This document shows, one piece after another, positions 24,621 to 31,855 of a DNA stretch of 64,000 nt. The DNA is taken from the sequence record MN013077.1; one strand, given 5' to 3'. Source of the stretch: Klebsiella phage vB_KaeM_KaOmega. The translations under genes and the position numbers were made by a program. Numbering within the stretch: position 1 is the stretch's first letter; the number at the start of each line of letters is the position of its first letter. The notes below the pieces were generated by a model that saw nothing but the letters and a program-made list of their open reading frames with translations, was not told the origin of the DNA and made no database searches.

Positions 24621-25081
24621 TGAACCTTACAGATCTGAAGTATTACGACGAATTGACCCCAGCGGCGCAAGCTGAAGCCCGGCGCAACGTTGCCGCTAGT
24701 GTGCAGACTCACCACGGGCGGGAAATCGGAAAGGCGTTTTTTAAATTCCAGCGGGACCCAAACAAGGCGATCAATGACCCGCTGCACATCCGCCGGATCA
24801 TCAATGGCGGCGAAGCGTGGCGCAAGATCCGCCAGGAGGGCGACGCCTATCTAATCCGCTTTATCCGGTCCAATAAAGTGATCTTTACTGATTGCGGGGC
24901 GTATGTAGCGTATGTGGACGCCTTCACAATGTTTATTGATGGGTTGGAATACATACCCACAGCCGAACAGCAAAAGACTCTTAGAACGCCTTACATCGAC
25001 GTTAACGGGCGGGGGCCTGCGTTTCATGATTGGCTATACCGTATGCACCACAAAATAAAGTTTTTCATGATCCGGGGTTGA
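24620..25081 (+). CDS. hypothetical protein
   Basis: 153 aa; TAATG junction. Confidence 0.5.
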   Translation: MNLTDLKYYDELTPAAQAEARRNVAASVQTHHGREIGKAFFKFQRDPNKAINDPLHIRRIINGGEAWRKIRQEGDAYLIRFIRSNKVIFTDCGAYVAYVDAFTMFIDGLEYIPTAEQQKTLRTPYIDVNGRGPAFHDWLYRMHHKIKFFMIRG

Positions 25082-25106
25082 CACCCGGCGGAATAGGGCC
25101 GATAAT
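25078..25106 (+). promoter_or_regulatory. hairpin-spacer sigma70 promoter (GATAAT -10)
   Basis: TTGACA-CCCGGCGGAATAGGGCC-GATAAT, followed by leader CATAGGGCGGGGAATGGTCCCCG. Confidence 0.55.
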
Positions 25107-25159
25107 GTCTCTCATAGGGCGGGGAATGGTCCCCGGCCCAATGAACTGGAGTCAGTACA

Positions 25160-25411
25160 ATGGAAATCAAACACGTAATTTCTGCAAACGTCGCCGTTTT
25201 AGGTTCTGTAAGTGAAACCCGTGTGAGTCTGGCGAAATGGTGCGCCGCTCAAACTTTCGGGAGTTACGGCGAAAAGGTAACAGAGGTTAAGCGCTTGCTT
25301 TCCTTTGGCAACGTGGGCCGCAAGTTGTTAACAGAGGATATCGCCCGCCGGGTTGAGATCCATTATTCACTTGCTCAAATCATCGTAAAAGAGATCGAAA
25401 GCGCAATTTAA
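25160..25411 (+). CDS. cassette ORF, hypothetical protein
   Basis: 83 aa; SD GGAG. Confidence 0.5.
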   Translation: MEIKHVISANVAVLGSVSETRVSLAKWCAAQTFGSYGEKVTEVKRLLSFGNVGRKLLTEDIARRVEIHYSLAQIIVKEIESAI

Positions 25412-25449
25412 CCCGGCCCGGCCCCGAAAGGGGCCAAAAGGAAAATAAA

Positions 25450-25629
25450 ATGACTTATTTCAGAAACTTAGAAAACGGGCATTATTACACCATATCCGCC
25501 GGGCGGGTTCGTTGGTGGCTGGATCATTCTGCCGTGTGGGTCCGTAGTGAACATCTAAAGCCGTGTGACCTTGCCCACTATCCGTATATTGGAACCACCA
25601 CCGGACCAGGGGCCGAAAATGGGCGCTAA
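25450..25629 (+). CDS. putative 59-aa protein
   Basis: AAAAGGAAAATAAA SD; follows the GGCCCCGAAAGGGGCC hairpin. Confidence 0.35.
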   Translation: MTYFRNLENGHYYTISAGRVRWWLDHSAVWVRSEHLKPCDLAHYPYIGTTTGPGAENGR

Positions 25630-25843
25630 TACCCGCAACCGCTACGGCATAACGCGCCGTTTCGGGGTCTGCTATATGCTGGCAGATGATCCACAATACA
25701 GGGCATTGCTGGAGGCTTACCAGGTCACCAAACTGGACGCCCAAAAGGGCCGGGCCGAACATGCCGCCCACGTAGCGAACATCAAAGCGTTACACGAATT
25801 TTTAGCCGTCGCTGAAAAGCGCCACGACATCCGCCACCGTTGA
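25619..25843 (+). CDS. hypothetical protein
   Basis: ATG 25619 (MGANTRNRYG...); track ORF 25565 over-extended. Confidence 0.45.
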   Translation: MGANTRNRYGITRRFGVCYMLADDPQYRALLEAYQVTKLDAQKGRAEHAAHVANIKALHEFLAVAEKRHDIRHR

Positions 25844-25854
25844 GAGTGCAAACC

Positions 25855-26049
25855 ATGATCACAGAATCCGAGATCCGCCAAACGTTAGCCGCCTTGCGTT
25901 ACCTCCACGCCTTGCGCCGGGCAAGTGATCCGACTTATGCCGGGTCATGCCTGGCTAACGATGCCGAAAACGGGATCGCCACACTGAAAGAATTAAACGA
26001 CCGCATGAGCGACAGCGACCGATCCGACTTCATAGGGGGCGAAATATGA
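25855..26049 (+). CDS. hypothetical protein
   Basis: ATG 25855 after GAGAG; 64 aa. Confidence 0.45.
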   Translation: MITESEIRQTLAALRYLHALRRASDPTYAGSCLANDAENGIATLKELNDRMSDSDRSDFIGGEI

Positions 26050-26246
26050 TCGACTTATCCGGCGTGAAGCCTGGCGATCTGGTCTGGGCCTTTGACTATC
26101 CGACCGATCCACCGTATGACGTTTGCAACGCTTGCAAACTGGAGTATTTGAACACCGGGAAAAATGAGTACCAGTTACGCCGCCCGGATAACGGCGTGAT
26201 CGTTTACTTTCGCTACATCGCACCAATTGAAGGGGCCAAACCATGA
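26046..26246 (+). CDS. hypothetical protein
   Basis: 66 aa; ATGA overlap. Confidence 0.45.
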   Translation: MIDLSGVKPGDLVWAFDYPTDPPYDVCNACKLEYLNTGKNEYQLRRPDNGVIVYFRYIAPIEGAKP

Positions 26247-26557
26247 TCGCCATTACGCCAACCGTTTTAGATTGGTATCGCCAACAGATCGCGCCGCCGC
26301 TGGCTATCTTCAAACAGGCAGAAAGCAAACAGCGCCGGATCTCCATTCATGAGATCATCACCCTTAACGCCGGGGCGGTCCCGTTCAATCCTGGGGCGGG
26401 TCGCAACATGGGCAACACGTTAGCGCTTTTGAGTTTACGCCGGAAACGGTCCGCCCTTACCTTGGATTCACTCCGCATGATGGGAGATCCGCACCGGGTA
26501 ACAGGTCGCCGGATCGCCAGGGCCTGGGAACGGGCAAACGGTCGAAAGGTTGTATAA
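26243..26557 (+). CDS. hypothetical protein
   Basis: 104 aa; ATGA overlap; followed by a terminator. Confidence 0.5.
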   Translation: MIAITPTVLDWYRQQIAPPLAIFKQAESKQRRISIHEIITLNAGAVPFNPGAGRNMGNTLALLSLRRKRSALTLDSLRMMGDPHRVTGRRIARAWERANGRKVV

Positions 26558-26572
26558 AATAACAGTGTTTAC

Positions 26573-26606
26573 AGGGGTTGAATTGTTCGCCCCTTTTTGT
26601 TATCCT
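26573..26606 (+). terminator. rho-independent terminator (imperfect stem, strong U-tract)
   Basis: GGGGTTGAA-ttg-TTCGCCCC followed by TTTTTGTTATCCTTTTTT. Confidence 0.55.
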
Positions 26607-26699
26607 TTTTTCATGCGATGGCACCTGATGCAGGGGGAGACAAACACCGGACCTGCCCGCTATTCAGGAAGGCGGACCGGACCTGGGTCTCTCCGGATA

Positions 26700-26722
26700 G
26701 ATGAGAATGGTTATCATTCCCA
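26700..26722. promoter_or_regulatory. operator-like site GATGAGAATGGTTATCATTCCC
   Basis: Contains the ATGAGAAT half-site plus ATCATTCCC; related to the sites at 15958, 16016 and 29276. Confidence 0.35.
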
Positions 26723-26975
26723 ATCAAATCAAATACATACTTTCAAACCGTTGTCAAATTTATTTCGTACTCCTGTATAAATGTACATGGTTCTAAAACG
26801 TCCTGAATCGCGTTTTAAGCCGTTTTCCCCTTACCCGGTATCCTACATCATAAAAATATAGATCTCTCGAAATCGGACTTTCGCACTTTTTGCCCTTGCA
26901 AACGTAAAAATTTTATGTTAGACCTGAAGGGCTGAAAGCCGGGTTTACGTTGACAAAACTTTACAATTCTCCCTA

Positions 26976-27003
26976 TTGCATCGATCCGCCATTGTGCTAT
27001 TAT
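26976..27003 (+). promoter_or_regulatory. sigma70-like promoter TTGCAT-N16-TATTAT
   Basis: Upstream of leader CACGTAGGGCGGC...AGAGGAGACAGTAAAAATG (start 27057). Confidence 0.4.
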
Positions 27004-27056
27004 TTATCACGTAGGGCGGCAATGACGCGACGGCCCGCAGAGAGGAGACAGTAAAA

Positions 27057-27428
27057 ATGAACCTGACCAACTTCAACCGCTACTACATCCGCGACGAACA
27101 GGCAAACGCTTTTGGGTACGATCGTTCGTTCGAAATGCAACAGCACGTAGGCGGCGCAAAGTTACACGTTGAAACTGTTACCTTTGAAAACTATTTTATG
27201 GCGACCTTTGACAATGGTTTACAGATCTCCATTGAGTACAAAGGCGGCGTGATGACTCTCGCCACTGAGGATAAATTCCGCAAAAAAGATCTTTTGAATC
27301 ATCCAGGTTTTGCCAGCAACAAAGAATTATTGATTAAAATTTATATCCGCTGGGTAGTGGGCCGCATCGCAACAGAAGAGCAGATCGCCGCCCTGGTGGA
27401 TCTGGCTCTGAATCTGGATTTAAATTAA
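27057..27428 (+). CDS. cassette ORF, hypothetical protein
   Basis: 123 aa; SD AGAGGAGA. Confidence 0.55.
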   Translation: MNLTNFNRYYIRDEQANAFGYDRSFEMQQHVGGAKLHVETVTFENYFMATFDNGLQISIEYKGGVMTLATEDKFRKKDLLNHPGFASNKELLIKIYIRWVVGRIATEEQIAALVDLALNLDLN

Positions 27429-27431
27429 TAG

Positions 27432-27460
27432 TTGACAAGGGGCCGGAAAGGCCCCATAAT
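27432..27460 (+). promoter_or_regulatory. hairpin-spacer sigma70 promoter
   Basis: TTGACA-AGGGGCC ggaa AGGCCCC-ATAAT (identical to the core at 22024). Confidence 0.6.
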
Positions 27461-27505
27461 ACCCACTCAAGCAACAAACCACTAAGAACACTGGAGACCG
27501 TAAAA

Positions 27506-27820
27506 ATGACCAAATCTAAATTTTTCGAAATGCTGGATCGCTACCTGTCAAGCCATAACGAGTGGGCCAAACTTGGCAACGGTTACGACTCATACAAGGC
27601 CGAACAGTTAAAACCTTATGTTTTCCATGAGGACCCGGCGAACCTGGAGAAATGGAAAGCTAAAGATCCGTCCTATCCTTGGACCGCTCACGCTTCAGGT
27701 TTTACCCTGGCTGATTGTTGGCATGTTGAGGTAATGCAACATAAAACCGCTGAAGCGGCAGAAAAGCAAAACAAAATTTTCACCCGCTGGATCGCAGACT
27801 ATCAAAAGGCCCGCGCTTAA
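27506..27820 (+). CDS. cassette ORF, hypothetical protein
   Basis: 104 aa; TIR CTGGAGACCGTAAAAATG. Confidence 0.55.
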   Translation: MTKSKFFEMLDRYLSSHNEWAKLGNGYDSYKAEQLKPYVFHEDPANLEKWKAKDPSYPWTAHASGFTLADCWHVEVMQHKTAEAAEKQNKIFTRWIADYQKARA

Positions 27821-28065
27821 TGTCCCGGCTTTTTAAAATCAATCTTCCATTGTGGGCCGCTTTAGCGGTCCTCATTGCCTTTTTTGGCGATACGGTCAAC
27901 AATTGGATTTTGTCCGCTGTACTTGGACCGGATCAACTGGTCACAACATTTTTAAACGCTTTCGGCGCTACACTGGCAACGGCCCGCCTTGCCTATCGTG
28001 GCAAATCAATAAACCGTTATGATCTGGCGCTATCACTGCCCGCCCTGGTTACCTGCCTAAACTGA
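27820..28065 (+). CDS. small membrane protein
   Basis: 81 aa; two hydrophobic helices (LPLWAALAVLIAFFG; LVTTFLNAFGATLATARLAY). Confidence 0.5.
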   Translation: MSRLFKINLPLWAALAVLIAFFGDTVNNWILSAVLGPDQLVTTFLNAFGATLATARLAYRGKSINRYDLALSLPALVTCLN

Positions 28066-28069
28066 AGAG

Positions 28070-28094
28070 GCCCGCCACCCCGGCGGGCTTTTTG
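28070..28094 (+). terminator. rho-independent terminator
   Basis: GCCCGCC-acccc-GGCGGGC followed by TTTTTG. Confidence 0.7.
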
Positions 28095-28123
28095 TTGCAT
28101 CCAGATCCGTGACCTGTTATAAT
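28095..28123 (+). promoter_or_regulatory. sigma70 promoter TTGCAT-N17-TATAAT
   Basis: TTGCATCCAGATCCGTGACCTGTTATAAT; TIR CTGGAGACCGTAAAACATG. Confidence 0.5.
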
Positions 28124-28169
28124 ACTTACTCACCCGGCAACCGGGCCAAACAACTGGAGACCGTAAAAC

Positions 28170-28370
28170 ATGACAACCGCCAACCGCCTGATCGATGTTC
28201 TGAATGATGCAAAGGCAAACCGTTTAGCCGTGGCAATCAAAGAAGAGGCAAACGGGCTGATCCTGGCAAGTGTTACCGATGGCTGTTACACTGAATCATT
28301 CCATGCTGATACACTGGAGTATCTCGCCCACAGATTAGAAATGATCGTTGACGATTGGCGGCTATTGTGA
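28170..28370 (+). CDS. cassette ORF, hypothetical protein
   Basis: 66 aa; last ORF of the plus-strand array. Confidence 0.5.
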   Translation: MTTANRLIDVLNDAKANRLAVAIKEEANGLILASVTDGCYTESFHADTLEYLAHRLEMIVDDWRLL

Positions 28371-28386
28371 TCCGACCAAACCAAAC

Positions 28387-28412
28387 AGGCCCGGCATAGT
28401 CCGGGCTTTTTA
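28387..28412 (+). terminator. rho-independent terminator
   Basis: GCCCGG-catagt-CCGGGC followed by TTTTT. Confidence 0.7.
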
Positions 28413-28762
28413 GTGCCTGCAATCCGGCCCGGTATTGGTCCGACTCCCCCAGCCTATAAGCCCTTATCATTTAACATTGTGGAAATCAACATCTAATTTT
28501 ATTCATAAAAACATGCATAATTGAATACAGGAGGCGCTAACCCACTAGCCAGGGTTGAGAGTAGCGGGCCGCATAGGGCCTTACAGCGCGTTTTAGCCCC
28601 TATTGACTTCTATCTGCAAACGTGTATCAGGCCACAACTGACTAAATCACCTTTTCTTTACATAACTTGACACTATTTATTCATTTATCTGCATAATGCG
28701 AGAATGATTATCATTTACAATCAATAACTTAACTTTTTATTGACTTCTGACAAAACACGGTT

Positions 28763-28785
28763 TTACGTTCCCACGGATCAAGGGA
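28763..28785 (+). repeat. direct repeat TTACGTTCCCACGG(A)TCAAGGGA, copy 1
   Basis: 14-nt exact core repeated at 28861; both copies preceded by ACGGTTT. Confidence 0.55.
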
Positions 28786-28802
28786 GGGCGCGCCGGAGGC
28801 GC

Positions 28803-28820
28803 GACCAATAGAAAACAGGT
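28803..28820. repeat. left arm of 18-bp perfect inverted repeat GACCAATAGAAAACAGGT
   Basis: Exact reverse complement at 28894-28911. The 73-nt interval contains hairpin CCGTTGC-tagctc-GCAACGG and direct-repeat copy 2. Flanked by GC hairpin GCGCGCC-gga-GGCGCGA. Confidence 0.6.
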
Positions 28821-28860
28821 AACGAACCCTCCCCCGTTGCTAGCTCGCAACGGTTTAGGC

Positions 28861-28883
28861 TTACGTTCCCACGGTCAAGGGAT
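28861..28883 (+). repeat. direct repeat TTACGTTCCCACGGTCAAGGGAT, copy 2
   Basis: See copy 1. Confidence 0.55.
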
Positions 28884-28893
28884 GACCGCTATC

Positions 28894-28911
28894 ACCTGTT
28901 TTCTATTGGTC
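28894..28911. repeat. right arm of 18-bp perfect inverted repeat ACCTGTTTTCTATTGGTC
   Basis: Perfect complement of 28803-28820. Confidence 0.6.
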
Positions 28912-28963
28912 ATTTGTGATTGAAAATCACGTAAAGTCAAGTTTTATTTTACAAATGAGAGTT

Positions 28964-29001
28964 ATTCTTATCTGCATAAAGATTGGTTTTATCTGCATAA
29001 A
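28964..29001 (+). repeat. iteron-like direct repeats TTATCTGCATAAA x2 (21-bp spacing), with further copies at 28688 and 28608
   Basis: CTTATCTGCATAAAGATTGGTTTTATCTGCATAAATACG; related TTTATCTGCATAATG at ~28688 and TTCTATCTGCAAACG at ~28608. The region is AT-rich. Confidence 0.45.
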
Positions 29002-29157
29002 TACGTAAACAGGCGGACCCGGTACGGGCCGGAGGGCCTGAGAGGAGAGGGCCTTTATTGCTCACAAAACAGCCGAAAGCGTAGCTTTTGCCTGGCAAAA
29101 TTCACTCTTCGTGTCAAGCGAAAAATAATTTTTTTTCTTTTTTCGTAAACGATAATG

Positions 29158-29241
29158 ATTCTCATCCGAGAACCATTCTCAAAGGGCGAATGCGAGTCAT
29201 TCTCATTGGCATTCCACAACGTGAGTGAGACTCATTCTCAT
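29158..29241 (+). promoter_or_regulatory. cluster of four ATTCTCA(T) half-sites with GAGAA/TGAGA partners (operator-like array)
   Basis: ATTCTCAT at 29158, 29175 (within palindrome GAGAA-CCA-TTCTC), 29199 and 29234 (within TGAGA-CTCAT-TCTCA). Same half-site as the 16016 palindrome. Confidence 0.5.
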
Positions 29242-29275
29242 CTAGGCCACGGCTGGCGGGCCTCTCCACGTGTTG

Positions 29276-29296
29276 GGAATGATTATCATTATCCCG
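29276..29296. promoter_or_regulatory. near-palindrome GGGAATGATTATCATTATCCC
   Basis: Inner ATGAT-T-ATCAT is perfect; resembles the site at 26700. Confidence 0.35.
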
Positions 29297-29899
29297 AGTG
29301 CGTATAAGGTGTATTATGTTAAATGGGGAAATGTTGGGGGAGGCACACCACAGCCCGGCTGTCAATAAGAGAAGTGTAAAGATGGGCAAGATGGTAGACA
29401 TTTTGTGACTTTGATCGCGTAAAGTTAGGGGCTACCGATCGGGATTCAAGATTGGGAGGGAGAGGCTAAGTAATTGATTATTAAGGATATTTGGGAAAAA
29501 TAACAGGTGCCCCTCCCCACCCCTGTTCGCCATGCCTGGCAGCTATATCCATACGCTGAGATATTTTTCTGGTTTCTGGGCAAGAAGGGCCACCCCTGAT
29601 CGCGTTCTAAAAATTTTGGCGGGAGGGTATTTTGACATAAAAAGAGGGTACACCCAACGGGAGCGCCTCTTCAGGCGTCCCTTGATATTTGGGCAATGTG
29701 GGAATACAGACGGGTACGTCTCTGTGGGAACAGGTATACCCGGCGGGAGAGGGCCTCCCGGACGGGGTATGGCGCTCGCAGAGTTATCAACAGGACAGAA
29801 CACACGTTCGCCTCTTCAGGCAGTGGGTTAGACTCAAGTGGGACTCTTTAGGCCCTGTCAGGTCTACCAGTGTGGGAAACAAAATCCCGGAGGGAAGAT

Positions 29900-29923
29900 A
29901 CAAAAAAGGCCCGCAAAGGGCCT
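29900..29923 (-). terminator. rho-independent terminator ending the leftward gene block
   Basis: Plus strand AAAAAA-GGCCC-gcaaa-GGGCC, so the minus-strand transcript ends GGCCC..GGGCC-UUUUUU just downstream of the stop of gene 29931..30260. Confidence 0.7.
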
Positions 29924-29930
29924 ATGTGGA

Positions 29931-30260
29931 TCACCGGATAGGGAAGTGGGCTTCCTTCAGGTTGCAATTGACGTGTCTGCGGATAGCCATCCACCCGATG
30001 TGACCAAATCCGTTCAGTTCTTCCTCGAACTGCTTCAGCTTCGCCCGGAGGACTGGGTACTCAACCCCAACCTGACCGGAAGATGTTCTGGTCATACATA
30101 TAGTGTGGCACAGATCCATTAGGGCCTCGGACCTGCGCTTATTGTTCCGGGTAACCTGACGAATGGCGTTGGCCTTCCTCAGTTCTTTGATATCTTTGTT
30201 CCAACGGTGGGCAATGGCAGGTCTACAAGGGCAGGTTTGACTCTTCAGGTGTGGTTTCAT
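29931..30260 (-). CDS. basic Cys/His-containing small protein (possible zinc-binding/HNH-like)
   Basis: 109 aa; CPCRP..AHRWNKD...LCHTIC pattern. Weak HNH resemblance only. Confidence 0.45.
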   Translation of the reverse strand: MKPHLKSQTCPCRPAIAHRWNKDIKELRKANAIRQVTRNNKRRSEALMDLCHTICMTRTSSGQVGVEYPVLRAKLKQFEEELNGFGHIGWMAIRRHVNCNLKEAHFPIR

Positions 30261-30324
30261 AGGTGTTCCTCTTTGGCATGTTTGGAATATGTGGGAAGTA
30301 TACTGGTGTTTTGGGAAGGAGTCA

Positions 30325-30345
30325 AGGGCCTTTCGGCCCTTTTAT
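30325..30345 (+). terminator. plus-orientation terminator-like hairpin inside the minus-strand block
   Basis: AGGGCC-tttc-GGCCCT followed by TTTTATA. No plus-strand gene nearby, so it may block convergent readthrough from the cassette array. Confidence 0.4.
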
Positions 30346-30632
30346 ACGATTTCGAAGGATTTGCGAAACAGGTTCATGTGGTCATTGAGGAAGACCCATG
30401 TGGCACTGTCTCCCTGCTCATAATCGTCGTTGTACACAACCACGATATCATATGGTGGGAATTTGTCAGCATATGTGGTGGTCCGGAACCTGTAGGCCTG
30501 CCCAACCTGGAATCCATGCCCGTTGTGCTCAAGGCACCGGGCAACCCCGAACTCCGGAACAGGGAAGTATAACTGCGTCCATGTGGGTCGTGGCGGGCGC
30601 GTAGGGACGTTCCAACGATATGCCTTAGACAT
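30342..30632 (-). CDS. hypothetical protein
   Basis: 96-aa track ORF. Confidence 0.45.
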   Translation of the reverse strand: MSKAYRWNVPTRPPRPTWTQLYFPVPEFGVARCLEHNGHGFQVGQAYRFRTTTYADKFPPYDIVVVYNDDYEQGDSATWVFLNDHMNLFRKSFEIV

Positions 30633-30837
30633 TCACTTTCTCCAGCCAAAAGCCGCTCAGATCGGGCCGCAGGGGGTTAATCGGACCATCATCACGGATG
30701 ATGTATTCCGGATTTCCATCGTTGTCGTAGAGCATACGTGCGCCCTCGTCAACGTAGATGTACCGAAGCTCTTTCTGGGTATACCCATACTGCGGGTACT
30801 GTTCCACAACCTTGACTTCCCGTGATGCATTAGTCAT
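30625..30837 (-). CDS. hypothetical protein
   Basis: 70 aa. Confidence 0.45.
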   Translation of the reverse strand: MTNASREVKVVEQYPQYGYTQKELRYIYVDEGARMLYDNDGNPEYIIRDDGPINPLRPDLSGFWLEKVNV

Positions 30838-30846
30838 GCTACCTCC

Positions 30847-31062
30847 TCAGTAAATGGTCTTTGCCGCTTCCATTCCGGCGTCAGTGATCTTCCAGAATGT
30901 CCCCTGAATATCTTTACAATACCCCAGCTTTTCAAGGCCCCGCATAGTTCTTGTCGGGGGCTTATCATACACAACCGTCAAATATCCCGGTCCGTACTGA
31001 TGTGCAGTCCACAACCTCAGTAACCAATCTTTCTGTGATGGTGTCATGACGAAGCCTTCCAC
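30847..31062 (-). CDS. hypothetical protein
   Basis: 71-aa track ORF; probable start at internal MTPSQKDW. Confidence 0.4.
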   Translation of the reverse strand: MEGFVMTPSQKDWLLRLWTAHQYGPGYLTVVYDKPPTRTMRGLEKLGYCKDIQGTFWKITDAGMEAAKTIY

Positions 31063-31382
31063 CCGGCGTTCCAGCCGAAGTCATAGTCAGTGACGGGTTT
31101 TGCGTTCGGTCCTTTATATCCGCCCGGCGGGCAGTCGCCCTCGAAGTGCTTCAAAGCATCAACGTAGCCAACATACCAGTCTCGTGGCTTATCGTTTGTC
31201 GGATACCATGCCTCACGCAAGACGAATTGACGCCACAGTTCCTGGATAGTGGCTACGTGTTCACGGTGGTAATATCCCGAGTTGTAGAGGTTATGCTCTC
31301 CATTATACAGCGCGTCGAAGACGCGCTTCTCCAGCACTACCTCTTCGTCGCTGTCGGGGAGAATTGGCTCGATATTATCCAC
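31044..31382 (-). CDS. hypothetical protein
   Basis: 112 aa. Confidence 0.5.
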   Translation of the reverse strand: MDNIEPILPDSDEEVVLEKRVFDALYNGEHNLYNSGYYHREHVATIQELWRQFVLREAWYPTNDKPRDWYVGYVDALKHFEGDCPPGGYKGPNAKPVTDYDFGWNAGWKASS

Positions 31383-31391
31383 AGAAACTCC

Positions 31392-31667
31392 TTAGTTATC
31401 AACAGGTTCGCCACTATGGCGGGTTGTTGGAATCAGCACCGCTTGTTGACCTACGCCTACCACAATTTGGAAACGTGGATCACGCCGTGGGTCTGGTTTC
31501 GCCAACATTTCCCGCAACTCGTCCGGGTTAGCTTCCCGGTACGTGTAGTTCAAGTCGGTTATGATGCAGAACGTTTCGGCAATCTCTCTTGCTATTTCCT
31601 TGTCCGGGCAAACTGCAAGCAGCTTTCCTGACGGGTCCAGTATGCTGTGTGCTGCGAGATCCATCAC
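31392..31667 (-). CDS. hypothetical protein
   Basis: 91 aa. Confidence 0.5.
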   Translation of the reverse strand: MMDLAAHSILDPSGKLLAVCPDKEIAREIAETFCIITDLNYTYREANPDELREMLAKPDPRRDPRFQIVVGVGQQAVLIPTTRHSGEPVDN

Positions 31668-31855
31668 AAAACCTCCGGGGGTGTGTAGTCACACTCCAGC
31701 AGGGCCAGAAGCTGATTCAGCTTCAGGTGCCCGGTGATCACGTGCTTCTCTTCCGACAGGTCTTCTTTTGAAGTCAGGAAGACGACGGTAATCGGCAGCG
31801 AACGCTCACAAGACTGATAGAAGTGAGTCAGAACTTTGTCATTTCTCATCAGCAA
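31664..31855 (-). CDS. hypothetical protein
   Basis: 63 aa; ATGA overlap. Confidence 0.4.
   Translation of the reverse strand: MLMRNDKVLTHFYQSCERSLPITVVFLTSKEDLSEEKHVITGHLKLNQLLALLECDYTPPEVL

Noticed and set aside
16700-28420. CRISPR array, suggested by ~20 copies of a 29-bp GC-palindromic repeat
   Set aside because: Repeat spacing is irregular (80-450 bp), the intervening sequences are ORFs with SDs, and the repeat has -35/-10 hexamers at sigma70 spacing. These are promoters, not CRISPR repeats. No cas genes are present.
28740-28915. Retron msr/msd ncRNA (long inverted repeat with internal hairpins)
   Set aside because: No reverse-transcriptase ORF anywhere nearby, and the flanking AT-rich iterons fit an origin or cis-acting DNA site better.
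28680-29000. DnaA boxes (TTATCTGCA resembles TTATCCACA)
   Set aside because: Two mismatches at the critical CACA positions in every copy. Treated as unknown iterons instead.
29532-30003. Track ORFs 29532..29831(+), 29689..30003(+), 29543..29803(-) and 29838..30122(+)
   Set aside because: They overlap each other in a repeat-rich GC block upstream of a terminator, lack SDs, and are compositionally atypical. They are more likely noncoding (see the ncRNA candidate finding).
29931-30260. HNH endonuclease call for the basic 109-aa protein
   Set aside because: Only a loose C..C...H...N...LCH..C pattern, with spacing that does not fit canonical HNH. Left as a zinc-binding/HNH-like hypothetical.
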